DNA of 64,000 nt from Lama glama (taxonomy: Eukaryota), in assembly GCA_028534125.1 (NCBI GenBank), contig CM052816.1, forward strand, positions 3,536,001 to 3,600,000, written 5' to 3'. The notes under the pieces were generated by a model that was not told the DNA's origin, searched no databases, and saw nothing but the letters and a program-made list of their open reading frames with translations. The translations under genes and the position numbers were made by a program. Shown piece after piece: positions 23,345 to 35,960 of this stretch. Position 1 is the stretch's first letter. Each line of letters begins with the position of its first letter.

Positions 23345-23950
23345 AAGTCTTCACACAGCAGCCAGAGCGCTCTTTTTCAACATTGAGAGCATGGTAGTCC
23401 CTTGCAACTAAGATGTGTAGTGGCTGCCACGTTTGTTCTGGCTAAAAGGCCAACTCCTTCCCGTGCGTCCAAAGCCATGCTGGTCTGGACCCTGACTGTT
23501 TCTTGAACCTCATCTCAGGTCCTTTCCTTCCTCAGCGATGTGTACCAGCCAGTCTGGCCACGCTCTGCCCTCAGACTCACACAGCCCTGTCCGGCTTCAG
23601 GGCAAGTACGTATCCAGTGGCCTCACCATTGGTTATTCTTCCCTTCTTCCTTTGGCTTCAGTTCAGCTAAACAGAAATTCCTTTTAGAAGCCCTCTGTGA
23701 TCACCCTGTCAAAACTGGGCAAGGGTCCCTGGTCTATTTCAGTGCTATTCCCTTTTATTTTTTTCAGAGCACTTAACACATGTGTAATTGTGCACTCCTC
23801 AGTTTATTTCTTGTCCATTGCTTCCATTGGATTGGAAGCTCAGGGAAGGTAGGGACCATATCTATTCTGTTCACCGTTATGTCCTTAAGACCTGGAAAAG
23901 TACTAGGTATCCAGTGGAATTCTATGAATGTCTCTGAATGACTGAATGAT
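23345..23950 (+). mobile_element. L2 3' portion
   Basis: cacacagcagccagagcgctcttttt...ggaagctcagggaaggtagggacc...tgttcaccgttatgtcc...tgaatgactgaatga terminus. Confidence 0.85.
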
Positions 23951-24466
23951 CAGAAGACTGGAGATTAAGAGTTTTGCTCCTTATCTTAATCTCACCCAAC
24001 TTCAGATTCAAAATAAGAGCAGTTTTTATCACAAAAGTCAGGCTGTCCAGGGCTGCTAGTTCCCATGCCAGCTGGTCTCCTCTCTCAGCAATTTGGGTTT
24101 ATTTTTGAAATTAGGATATGCACAGAAAAAGAGCTGTGTGCCTACCACCCAGATGCTAATACTTCCACGTTTGTTTCCTATTCTTTCTGTCTTATAAAAA
24201 TATGAAGTTAATTTTTAAAACTTGGACATTTATAAATCGAATATAAAAATAAAAAAGCAACTTTTTTCTTGGACCTTGTGTCCCTGAATGGAAATGATTT
24301 CTGAGCAAATCCTGGATAAGAAAGGACCATGTCTTTTATTAGCACGCATTTCTTGGGCCAACGGGTCTTCTCTTCATTCTAAACATAATTTATTAAGTAT
24401 CATCTACCTGCTTTTCCATAAGAGTATGAAGTCTGATCATAACAAGGCCCACTTACCTCATTTCAG

Positions 24467-24516
24467 ATAGTTTTCAATTTTATTGTCATGGAGAAACTGG
24501 TTGCCAAAAACCTAAG
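24467..24516 (+). other. Candidate 50-nt exon (splice motifs only)
   Basis: cccacttacctcatttcag|ATAGTT...AACCTAAG|gtgaga. In frame with the 15191 ATG if joined (IVFNFIVMEKLVAKNL). Confidence 0.3.
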
Positions 24517-25159
24517 GTGAGAAAATGGACTGAAATAGACCGTAAAATTTAACTGAGTCTTCTTGCTGGCAAGGTAGGAAAAACAGGACATTCATGGTCT
24601 CATAAAAACACAGCAATTCTTCAGAAGTCACACTGTTTCCCTCTTTAGCATGAAAAGCAACATTCATTGGTCTGACTCCCACGTTTATTCAGCATTTTCA
24701 CCATCATCTCCACCAACAGCCCCATTTCTCCTTATTTCTCCCTTTTGCTTTTTTTTTTTTGGCGCTGACCTGCGTGGTGGTGGCCTGAATAAAGCCCTCA
24801 GATTGGCCCCTGCTCCTTTATTAGTGACAGTGTGAAACAGAACAGGGTGATGTCTGTGGGAAGATTACTGTGAAGTTTCCCCTGTAACTATAGGAGGTGA
24901 TTTTCAGACGTTAAGTCCTCAAGACTCACGAAGCCTGGCTGAGCCACGAGAGGTCAATATTTAATATTCTCCTCATTTTAACAGGTGGCAGAGCAAACTG
25001 CAGAGCAGCCATGACTCTCACGACTCAGGAGCTGCCATCAGATTTTGATAAGTCTCAGCCTGTCGGTCTTAAGGTTCCTGCCTGTGAGGCACCTTAGATA
25101 AACTCTTTCCTGTGTGCAGGGAGAAAACAGGGAAGCTTACAGAGGATCCCAGCACAACT

Positions 25160-25380
25160 CAGTGGCAAAGACCTGGATTTAAATCTCACTACAGCCGACT
25201 ACTTGCTGTGTGACCCTGGGCAAGTTACTTAACCTCTCTGTGCTTCAATTTCCTCATCTGTATAATGGGAATGTCAGTAGCGTCACCTCTTTGGGTTACC
25301 AGGAGAGCTAAGGGAGAACACATGTGAAATGCCCAGCACAGCGCTTGGCATATTTTAAGATCTTGGTGAATGTTAGCTGT
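25160..25380 (+). mobile_element. MIR SINE
   Basis: Near-consensus core: gctgtgtgaccctgggcaagttacttaacctctctgtgcttcaatttcctcatctgtataatggg. Confidence 0.93.
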
Positions 25381-26373
25381 AAAGACACCCATGTGAAGAC
25401 TGTGTTCGAGGCCCTGCCTGCTATTTCTCCCCACTGCCCACTAGCAGTGTCCCTGAGACATTTTCGCAGAACGCCTAGGACTTTATAGAGCACATTGTGT
25501 GAACACAGCGACCTCACTGGTTTTCCCTGGAGTTTCCAGATTCCTAGATCTGCTGTGGACGAACAGGCTTGTCCCACGATCAGCTTTGAGCTGAAATGAA
25601 TGAAGCAGCTGCCCCATGGTTCTCAGAAGTTATCAGTCATGACTCCAGAGCAGAGCCAAGCCCTCCTGACAGCCCAGAGTGCGTGCCTTCCTTCCAGGCT
25701 GGAATGGGGGTGGACTGGCTGACAATTCTGGCTTGTCCACTGTTGCTGAGCACCTATAGAGAAAACTGCAGAAGCCTCCTGTTGTCCAGAGCACACCGCC
25801 TTTGGGTCTCCACAGGGGACTGGGTGGGGACCCTCAGCTGGCTGCCCTCGGCTGGCTTGCAGACCTGGCACCAGCAGAGAACATCACTTCCTGGAAGGTG
25901 ATGACGCATCATTGTTAGGACATCAGATGCCCCACATCTTCTCACAGGTGTCCTTGGAGGCTGTTTAAAAGCTCATCCACCACCTCACGCTCTTTTTCCC
26001 CTCTTCACTCTTCATGCAAGTCCGATACTCTTTGCTGCATATCCCCTGGCAGGTTGACAGCCCCATCTAACTTCTTGCTTCTCTCTCCTGCTTTACTGTC
26101 TGTTTTTGACAGTCTGGCTTCAATCATCCATCACGCCCGCGCCGCCAGCCCGCGATTCTCCCCAGCACTGGGCTGTTCAGATTCTGTCGCACCGGCCAGG
26201 TTCATCGTCTGTTTCTTCCTAAAGTTTTTCCCTGTCAGGCTGCTGCCCTTTCCTTAATCATCTGACCCTAAGTCACCTTGGGTTGTTGACATCCTTGATG
26301 CAGCCACCATTTAGGGGAGCCAGAGTGTCCCAGTATATATGAAAGTTGATTTGCATAATTGAGTACCATGGGC

Positions 26374-26945
26374 TGTCAGACTGAAATACTAAGAAACATA
26401 TACATTGGTCTTGGACTTTGAATTCCTGGGTAGGTGGGTGGGGCTTTTGTTTTAATGAGGTGACTCTCGGTGGGCTCCTGGATGGGGGATGGTCACTAGA
26501 AAGATCAAACCCATAATTAGAAGCTTGGATCTTTCAGCCCTGTCCCCCCGTTCTCCAGAGAGAGAAGACGGGCTGGAAATCTAACTGATCACGCCTACAT
26601 GAGGAAGCGTCCACAAAATCCCAGTGATATGTATCTGGGGCTGCTTCTGGGGTAGTGAACACATCTTCGTGCCTGGAGGGTGGTGGTGCACCCCAACTCC
26701 ATGGGGACAGAAGCGCCTGTGCCTGGGACCCTTCTGGACCGCACCCAATGCACCTCTTCTCCTGGCTCTTCATCTGTATCCGTTATCATATCCTTTATTA
26801 AAGTGGTGAAATTGTTTCCCCGAGTTCTGTAGCTGTTCCAAAGAGTGGAAAACAAGGCAGGGGGTGCTGGGAACCTCTGATTTGTAGCCAAGTTGGATAG
26901 AAGTTGTGGGTAGCCTAGGGACCTGGAAATTGATGTGGCCTGTGG
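26374..26945 (+). mobile_element. MER21-type LTR
   Basis: ggtcactagaaagatcaaacccataattagaagcttgg...caccccaactccatggggacagaagcgcctgtgcctgggaccctt...gggaacctctgatttgtagccaagt. Confidence 0.88.
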
Positions 26946-27149
26946 GGCTGTGGTGACCGCCCTGCTCTGGCACGTTGTCCGATGACGGAGAGCAGGTCCT
27001 AAGAACCCTGAAATTTACCATCTCTTCTTCTTACATAGTTTATGGAGAAGAAAACTTCTTATTCTAGGGAAATGTTTTCCAACTCTTGTTGGCATGTGAA
27101 TCTGTATCTCAAATGAGAACAACTCCTCCGCTGAACAGTAAGGGGGGAG

Positions 27150-27375
27150 AACACAGGTCTGGGCTGAAGAGTCGGGTATTTGTTCCATGGTCAGGGTATA
27201 TGGTTCCAGTCTACCACTCACTCAACAGGTGACTGACTCTATGCACGTCACTTTTCTTCTCTCGTTTAGTTTTAATCATTCATAGAATGAGAATTACTAA
27301 GACTTTAAGTGCGGACTCAACATGACGATGTACTTACCGCAATGTCCGGCATTTAGTAGGAACTCAGCAAATACA
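27150..27375 (+). mobile_element. MIR (degenerate)
   Basis: ggttccagtctaccactcact...caatgtccggcatttagtaggaactcagcaaata. Confidence 0.6.
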
Positions 27376-27574
27376 GTATTTCAACTGGTCCCGTATCTAT
27401 TCAAAGAGAGGATTGAACATGATGAGTTTTAAGTAGGACATCTGAGTTTCGTTGGGTGAAGAATTAATTTTTTAATTTTGAGAGAAAAAGGAAAAAATCT
27501 TTAAAGAATAACACTAAAGTTTTCTTCTCAGTAATCAAAATTAACGTGGAATGCGTGTATTTGGTTTGGGAATT

Positions 27575-27865
27575 AAGTGATTGATGCAATACTGGTCATG
27601 AAGACATGAGGGAAAACTTGTCTGGAGACTTAGAAAGAGTTTATAACTTATGAGAAGGAAACATAAGGTATTTGCCATTTTTGTCTCTGTCATTACTGTA
27701 TCTTGATGTGATGCCTGGACTGCTGGCAGCCATATTGTGGTTATGAAGACTGCCAGCCTGAGGGGAAAAGCCACCACACTGAGGATAGCAAAACAGAGGG
27801 ATAGAACAAATGATCTCGAAGTCAAACCACAAAAATCAACCCCCGAAACAATCCTACTTTTGAAC
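27575..27865 (+). mobile_element. MLT1J-like MaLR LTR fragment
   Basis: gatgtgatgcctggactgctggcagccatattgtg...ccacactgaggatagcaaaacag. Confidence 0.75.
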
Positions 27866-28740
27866 TGCTATTACCTAAATTGCAGGCTTTATTCAGATTC
27901 ACCAGTTTTCCAATCCAGGATACCACATTGCATTTAGGCTCTTCTCCATGCCCCGCTCCACCCCTCTACACATTTTTGAGAATGTCAGTTTGCATTTTCT
28001 GGATGATTTCCTGTGATTGCATTTGAATTACACACTGTTAGAACATTCCATGGGTGAGTGATGTATCCTTTTGAGGGCATCACATCTCGTGGCACCTTGA
28101 TGTTCTTCTGTGCCTCCTTGGTGGTGTTAATTTTGATCACTCAGTTAAGGTGTTATCTGATTTCTCTACTGTACTAGTAGTTTAGATATATTTCTCCCTC
28201 ATAACTAATAATAAAGCCTGTGCAAATATCCTGCTTGTCATAAAAATTTCCCTATAGGTTTAATTAACATTGATACTTCTTGCCTGATCCAATCTTTATT
28301 AGGATGGTTGCAAAATGCTAATTTTCTAACTGCTGCATACGCTCCATATTCACCAGTCCGACCTTACCATTTTACTATAATGACTCTGCTCTGTTTCCCT
28401 ATCAGCTTTTTTATAGGAATTAACTCATTCCCGTATTTTCTCTCAATGGTTTATAATTCATTACTGTTCTTAATTATTTTGGTGCCTGAAGTTGGCTCCA
28501 GTGTCCCTGTGATGTGCTCTCATCACTTTTTGAATACCTCCTTACTTTCTGGCATATTCCAGAGTTTTACAGGCTCATCTTGTCCCCAACTGGCCCAAAT
28601 CTTGGAGCTATGGAATCAGCCCTGGTTTCTTTCAGTGCAGAATGCTATTAGGGACCAATACGTAAATATCAGGTATGCCCATTGCTAGTGGGAAATCTCA
28701 GCTTCCTGATCCTTTCAGTGGGCAGAATGGGCTTATCTTT
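27865..28740 (-). mobile_element. L1MC-type 3' fragment
   Basis: ttattcagattcaccagttttcc...ccaggataccacattgcatttag...gttaattttgatcactcagttaaggtgttatc. Confidence 0.7.
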
Positions 28741-28789
28741 TTACAATCGATCTTAGGCAAAAGGCCGAGAAGCGATGGACTTGATTTTT

Positions 28790-31356
28790 TTTTAATTGAA
28801 GTAGAGTTAATTTGCAATGCTGTATCAATTTCTGGTGTGCAGCATAATAGTTTAGTGATACATATACATATATTCATTTTCATAATCTTTTTAGGTTACT
28901 GCATGATACTGAGTATAGATCCTTTTGCTATACAGAATAAACTTGTTTATTATTGTTTATTTATATATGTTAGTATCTGCAAATCTCGAATTCCCGGTTT
29001 ATCCCTTCCCACCTCCTAACTCCCGTGGTAACCGTAAGTTTGTTCTCTACGTCTGTGAGTCTCTTTCTATTTTGTAAATAAGTTTGTCTTATTTTTTTTT
29101 AGATTCCACATAAAAGTGATATCATATCATATTTTTCTTCCTCTTTCTGCCTTATTTCACTTAGAATGATGATCTCCAGGTCCATCCATGTTGCTGCAAA
29201 CGGCTGAGTAGTATTCCATTGTATAAATATACCACAACCTCTTTCTCCATTATCTGTCAGTGGACATTTCTGTTGTTTCCATGTCTTGGCTATTGTAAAT
29301 ATTTCTGCTGTGAACATAGGGGTGCATGTATGTTTTTGAATTGAAGTTCCCTCTGGATATATTCCCAAGATTGGGATTACTGGATCATATGGTAATAATA
29401 CGGTACCATATCATTCCATGAATGGTAATGGTATGATGTGGTAATGGTAATTACCAAAGTGGTAAATACCAAATTGTTCTATTTTTAGTCTTTTGAGGAA
29501 TCTCCATACTGTTTTCTATAATGGTTGCACCAAACTACATTCCAACCAGGATTGTAGGAGGGTTCCCTTTTCTCCACACCCTCTCCAGCATTTATTCTTT
29601 GTGGACTTTTGAATGATGGCCATTCTGACTAGTGTGAGGTAATATCTCATTGTAGTTTTGATTTGCATTTCTCTTTTAATTAGCGATACTGAGCATTTTT
29701 TCATGAGCCTTTTGTTCATTTGTGTGTCTTCATTGGAGAATTACTTGTTTAGGGCTTCTGTCCATTTTTGGATTGAGTTGTTTGTTTTGTTATTAAGTTT
29801 TATGAGATGTTTATACATTCTGGAAATTAAACCTTTGTCTGTTGCATTATTTACAAATATTTTCTCCCATTCTGTAGGTTGTCATTTTGTTTTGCTTATG
29901 GTTTCCTTCGCTGTGCAAGTTTCTAAGTTTAATTAGGTCCCACTTACTTATTTTTGCTTTTACTTCTATTGCCTGGATAGATTGCCCTAGGAGAACATTG
30001 CTGAGTTTTATGTCAGAATAATTTGCCTATGTTTTCTTCTGAGAGGTTTATAGTGTCTTGTCCTATGTTTAAGTCTTTAAGCTATTTTGAGTTTATTTTT
30101 GTGTATGGTGTGAGGGAATGTCTTAACGTCATTGATTTACATGCAGCTATCCAGTTATCTCAACACCATTTGCTGAAGAGACTCTCTTTACTCCATTGTG
30201 TATTCTTGACTCTTTTGTCAAAGATTAATTGACCAAAAGTCTGTGGGTTTATTTCTGGGCTCTCTGTTCCAGTTATCCATATGTCTGTTTTTGTACCAAT
30301 ACCATGCTATTTTGATTGTAGCTCTGTAGTATTATCTGAAGTCTGGGAGGGTTATTCCTCCAGCTTCATGCTTTTTCTTCAGTATTGCTTTGGCAATTCT
30401 GGGTCTTTTGTGATTCCATATAAATTTTAGGATTATTTGTTCTAGTTGTGTGAAAAATGGCCTGGGTAATTTTATAGGGATGAAATCTGTAGCTTGCTTT
30501 GGAGAGTATGGCCATTTTAACAGTAGTAATTTTTCCAATCCAAGAACTTGGGAAATCTTTCCATTTCTGCAAGTATTCCTTAATTTCCTTAGTCAGTGTT
30601 TTGTAGTTCACCTGTAAGCCTTTCACTTCTTGGTCAGATTTATTCCTAAGTAATTTATTTTTTGGATGTGATTTTAAAAGGGATTGTTTCTTCACCTTCC
30701 TTTTCTGATACTTCATTGTTAATGTAAAGCAATACAACTGATTTCTGTATGTTAATCTTGTATCCTGCTACCTTGTCGAATTATTTTATCAGCTCTAGTA
30801 GTTTTTATGTGGAGATTTTAGGGTTTTCTATATATAGTATTATGTGATCTGCATATAGTGACAGTTTTATCTCTTCTCTTCCAATTTGGATGTCTCTCTC
30901 TCTCTTTTTTTTTAATTGTGTAATTGCTGTGGCTAGGACTTCCAATATTATATTGAATAGAAGTGGTGAGAATGGGCGTCTTTGTCTTGTCCTGGATTTT
31001 AGTGGGAAGGCTTTCAACTTTTCAGTATTTTGCTGGCTGTAGATTTGTCCTAAATAGCTTTTATTATGTTGAGATATGTTCCCTCTATACCCGCTTTGTT
31101 TAGAGTTTTTATTGTAAATGGATGTTGAATTTTATCAAATGCTTTTTCTTTCTCTATTGAGATGATCATGTGGTTTTTGTCCTTTTGTGGATGTGGTGTA
31201 TCACAGTGATTGATTTGCGTATATTGAGCCACCCTTATGTCCCTGGGATGAACCCAACTTGATCATGATGTATAATCTTTTTTTTAATGTATTGTTGGAT
31301 TCTTTTGCTCATATTTTGTTGAGGATTTTTGCATCTATATTCATCAGTGGTATTGG
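28790..31356 (-). mobile_element. ~2.6-kb 5'-truncated L1 (ORF2 RT and C-terminus, 3'UTR) with TSD; ORF disrupted
   Basis: Frame-shifted ORF2 pieces ([73 protein letters not shown]). tggacttgattttt (28776-28789) / tggacttgtttttt (31357-31370). Confidence 0.95.
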
Positions 31357-33078
31357 TGGACTTGTTTTTTGCCTTGCTTTTCCAACTAGAATTCCCTTTT
31401 AATATAAAATAGAAGCAGTGATGAACTTTACTCTGACTTTTAAAGCAAGTATCTCTTTCCTTTCAGTACTGAGTTTAATATCTGTCAGAAGTTTTTATTA
31501 TATTTCTTTTATCAGATTGAGGAATTTCTATTTGTGTTTTGCTGACTGGTTTAATCATAATTGGTTTTTTATTTGAGTTTTTAATGTTATAATAAAATTA
31601 TCTTTTTCCCCCTGTATTTCTCTGTTAAACAGTTTTCGCTTTCACATAATCATGGTTAATTAGTTGCTAAAAATCACCTTGCTCTTATTTTATTCTGGAT
31701 TTTTTGATCTCTCTCTTTTTTTTTTTTCCATTTTATCCTTAATCTCCATTTTGGGAATTTTTGTTCCTGTCTTTCTATGCTGCATTTTATGTGGTTTCTC
31801 CAGATCTATCGTCCAACCCACAAATTTTCTCATTAGGGGTATTTAGTCTCTATTTGTCCTACCCTGGGAAATAACGTATAGTAAATATGTACAATCATTT
31901 ATATACTACATTTTTTGTGTAAGTAATAAAATATTTTTATTTCTAAGAGTTGCTTCATTTTTTTAAACTACCAGTTTATTTTTGTTGGTCTTCTGATTCT
32001 CTTACTTTTAAAATCACTTCATAAACTAATATTATAAATTATAGATCTGATTCTAGTATATCTAGCCCTTGGGGAAAGAAGAGTTCAAATCTGTTACTGC
32101 TTTTTTCTGCTGACTCTCCCTCACGGTGATTCCTTTCCTTGTACGTCTGATAATCTGTGATTGTAAGAATATATAAGGTTGATTTTTAAATTGAAGATGG
32201 TTTCTTCCAGAGAGAATGTGTAATAACAATTACTTACGATGTGAAACAAGGCGTGGTACCACTATTGAGGCCACTTCAGTTCATTGCAGAATCACTGGCT
32301 TATTTTGTGAAATTCTGACTTAGCCTTCACATCCAATTTGCTGTTGACTTAAGTCTGACAGTGGCAACACTGACTGTAAAACACCTCCTCCTCACTGTAG
32401 CCATAACCATTCCTATATGCTTACTGCTCATGGCTTTCATTCAAGTTCTGCTTGGTGGTGGGGGTAGATATGTGAGTTACTTCCTCTTGGTGAATGACTT
32501 TCATTTCCTATGGGCCCAGCAATGAAATTAAAAGTGCGCTGTATGTGGGATCTCGTTGTTCTGAGGCGGTGGGCCTTCAAGAATCAATGTGTAACACTGC
32601 TGCAGACAGAAGTTTATAATTCTTCTTGATTATGCTTTCAGGACTTTTTCTTAAAAAAACAACATTCTTTTTCACCTAAGTCTGCAATACACAGTGATGA
32701 AAGAGGCAAGGTCAGGATAATTTTAATGATCATTTCCATTTGGAATGGGGGGAGAATGGGAGATACACAGTCGTCAGTGGTGTGGGGCAATTTTGAAAAC
32801 TCTCGGGCTCACATGTTTGGGACTTTCTAGAATGTGATTGGAGGATGTTCCTTCAAGAGGTTTCCATTCTGCTCCCTGGGACCATTTTCATCGTACAATG
32901 TTCTTCCCAGACCCTGTCTCTGCCTTTTGGGATATTCTTCTGCTGGCAGTGTTCTCCTTGGTCCCAAGTGTTGTTGGGGTAAGGATTACATACTTTACTT
33001 GGGAGCTGGCTCAGCTCCTTTCTTGACAAGTGATGTTTGGAGGTCCACGTATGGTTTTAAGTCTTAAATAGTTGCTTT

Positions 33079-33253
33079 AAAAATTTTTTTTACTGAAGTA
33101 TAGTCAGTTTACAATGCTGCGTCAATTTCTGGTGTACAGCACAATGCTTCAGTCATACGTGAACATACATATATTTGTTTTCACGTTCTTTTTCACCATA
33201 AGTTACTACAAGATACTGAATATAGTTCCCTGTATATATATATAGTAATATAG
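33079..33253 (-). mobile_element. Short L1 3' end with TSD
   Basis: tactgaagtatagtcagtttacaatg...; taaatagttgcttt (33065-33078) / taaatagttacttt (33254-33267). Confidence 0.88.
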
Positions 33254-33414
33254 TAAATAGTTACTTTTAATCCAGGCTCTTGACAATACAGTGCTCTTAA
33301 AAAACTCATAGTCATCTTAGCCATTGGGTTCCACTTGGTTCCATGTGCCAGTAGCCACCCTCATCTTGTAGTAACGTCCTTCATAAGGACTTTATCAAGC
33401 ATTTGGAGGAAGAG

Positions 33415-33650
33415 ACTTAACTGTTGGGCTCTGGAACCAGAATGATTCATGCCAAGACCCTGTCTCTGCCATTTATTCTCTCTGTTGACCTGGATAAATG
33501 ATTTAACTTCTTGATGCTTCAATTTCTTTGTAAGATGGAGACAATAAAATAATAATAGTACCTCTTTGTGGCTTGTAATAAGGATTTAGTGAGAAAATGC
33601 ACGTAAAAGAGCTGGTGCAGGGTAAGTACTCAGTAAATGACAGCTGTCAT
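33415..33650 (+). mobile_element. MIR SINE
   Basis: gggctctggaaccaga...tctgccattta...ataatagtacctc...gtaagtactcagtaaatgacagct. Confidence 0.85.
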
Positions 33651-34061
33651 TTAGTGTTGATGTGATCAGAGCAGATAAGGAGCCCTTCACCTGCCATTCT
33701 CCAGCACAGCTGCAAACCTCTGTTCATGCTGTATCTCTAGCCTGTAGGCTCTTTGGCTATAAAAATTCTGTTTATTTTTCAAGGCTCAGATGAGATACAG
33801 ATTCTGCTATTAAACTTTCCCCCATGGCCAGTCAGATTTCATTTTTCCCTCCCTGTTTCTACAGCAGTTGTTGGCACTTCCGTTCATCACTTACTTAACT
33901 CTGCTTTGTATTAGGGTGGGTTATGTATCTGCATGTTTTACCCACAAGAGGGCGGACCTGTCCTCATGTCATTATTTCCTTCCCTGAGTCAACTTGAACA
34001 AGCAGATTCTCTCCTAATACTTACTTTGAAATTCACAAAAGAGACTTCACAAAAGGACGGG

Positions 34062-34550
34062 TGGTTGGCCCTTGGGATGGCGTTCAACTGTTTGTTTCAG
34101 AAACCTGTCCAAAGTGCTTAACCAAATGAGGGTTTATCTTTCTCACATAGAAAGTCATGAGGTGGGGCTAGTGCTGCTGTTCAAGGATGTCTTCAAGAAC
34201 AGAGGCTCCTTCTCTGATCCTGTTCTACCATCCTTAGTGTGTGGCTCTCAACCTCAGGGTTACAAAATGGCAGAGCCACCTTGGGTCGTCGTATCTGCAT
34301 CCCAGCCAAGATAGAGTGAGAGCTCAGGATGAAAGGACCCAGCGTCCAGTCACTTTTAAGGAGGTCCTCAGGCAGCACCACCAGTGACTTACGTTAGTCT
34401 CGTTGGTGGGGACTGGGTCACGTGACTACCTTTAGCGGCAATGGAGGATGGGAGATTGAGTATTTAACTGGGTATTTCTTTGACAAAACAAAATCAGGGT
34501 TCTGTTAACAAGGGAAGAGGGAGATGAGTATTGGGTAGGCAATAAGCAGA
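34062..34550 (-). mobile_element. MLT1J-like MaLR LTR
   Basis: gtttatctttctcacatag...ccatccttagtgtgtggct...caaaatggc...aaaatcagggttctgttaacaagggaagagggaga...tattgggtaggcaa. Confidence 0.85.
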
Positions 34551-35829
34551 GGCAGATTGTTCATCCTGTTTTGTTGTTGCTGAAAATAAACTGGACAGTC
34601 TGAGGAGAAAGGACACGGAGAAGGCTCACGGGATGAAATAAGCATTGTCCAAGCCTGAGGCGGGTGGGTGCCAGAGTTGCTCTGGGAACTCCGGCAGCAC
34701 GAATTCTCTGGACGGCACTGTCATTATCTGACTGAGTTTTAAACCAGGCTCCCGGCTGCTTTGTTCTAAGCTTCAGATTCCTGGGATGGGGAATTGGATG
34801 GGCTCAGCTGAAGCCCCTGGTGTCCCTCACTCTGCTTCATCTGGGTGACAGGATCACAGGGCGTAGAGATGGCCTTTGGGCTCTGCCTACCCCTGGGTAT
34901 TAGAATTTGTTCCTAAAGAAAAGTGATTTCTGAGGGCTAGGCAGCTACCATGATTGGTTTGGTGTAGAAAAATTTAACCCAAGATCTGGAAAGCAATTTT
35001 TGCCAGGACCTAGGGCTGCAAATTTCAGACCTCATCTAAGGGAATTTTCACTCCTTCCCAACGAGCTGGCTGTGTGTTGGAAGGATGTTTATATATCTGG
35101 CGATAGATAAGTAGGTTTTTTTGACACATAAAGCTGTCAAACAAGCTGGAGATTTATTTATATTTTAAACCAGGTAGAATTGAGTTGAAGCTAGCAAGGA
35201 AAACAACAGGTCTCATGGACGGCCGGTAGGTGAGAATTCCAGTCTGATGGGCTTTGTACCTAAAACTCATGTTAGTGACAAAATCCTCTTTTTTATCTTG
35301 ATGAATTCTGGTTGTCTTTTCCGAGTATACCTGGGAGGCGGAGACAGGGCTAAACATTCTTCTACTGTATCAGCTTTTTCCCTTCAAGGACTTAAAGATG
35401 AAAATGCCTTCTGGTAAAAATTCTATTCGTTTCTTGATTAGCACTCTGCTCCTTTTTACACCTTGCGGTTTGGGAAGTAGATGGTAGGAAGAAACGTCTT
35501 GCCATTTTTTTCCTTGCTACTTGGGTCCTTTTAGCTTTTGTTAAATGGCGTCTAGCGTCATGATGAGCAGCATGAGATTAGGAGTCTGACAGATCTGGGT
35601 TTGAGGCCTCGCCTCCCTGCTCACTGGCAATATGATCATGGGCTAATGAAGCCACTGACCTTTGGCCACATCGGGAGTGACAGATGTTTTGCGGGGTTAT
35701 TCTTGCTGGTGTGTTTCCTTGCGTGTGTTGGTATGTGCATATTGTATCTGTAATACCTTTGTCTTGCTTTTATTATTTACCATTGTATCTTGGAAGTCTT
35801 CCTGCCCATATAAGTTGCCATAATCTTTT

Positions 35830-35960
35830 TCTTTCTCCTTCTTCTTTTGGAGGGGGATGTAATGAGGTTGGTATTTATTCTAATGGAGGTACTGGGGATT
35901 GAACCCAGAACCTTGAGCATACCAAGCATGTGCACTCTACCGCTCGGCTATACCCTCTCC
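35830..35960 (-). mobile_element. Vic-1-type SINE
   Basis: aatggaggtactggggattgaacccagaaccttgagcataccaagcatgtgcactctaccgctcggctataccctc. Confidence 0.9.

Noticed and set aside
28760..28773. Exact 14-mer aaaggccgagaagc shared with 16147-16160
   Set aside because: Several 14-mer matches are expected by chance in 64 kb, and the similarity does not extend.
29099..31232. Reverse-transcriptase-like ORFs as a functional gene
   Set aside because: They are frame-shifted fragments of a 5'-truncated L1 ORF2, not an intact CDS or a novel RT system.
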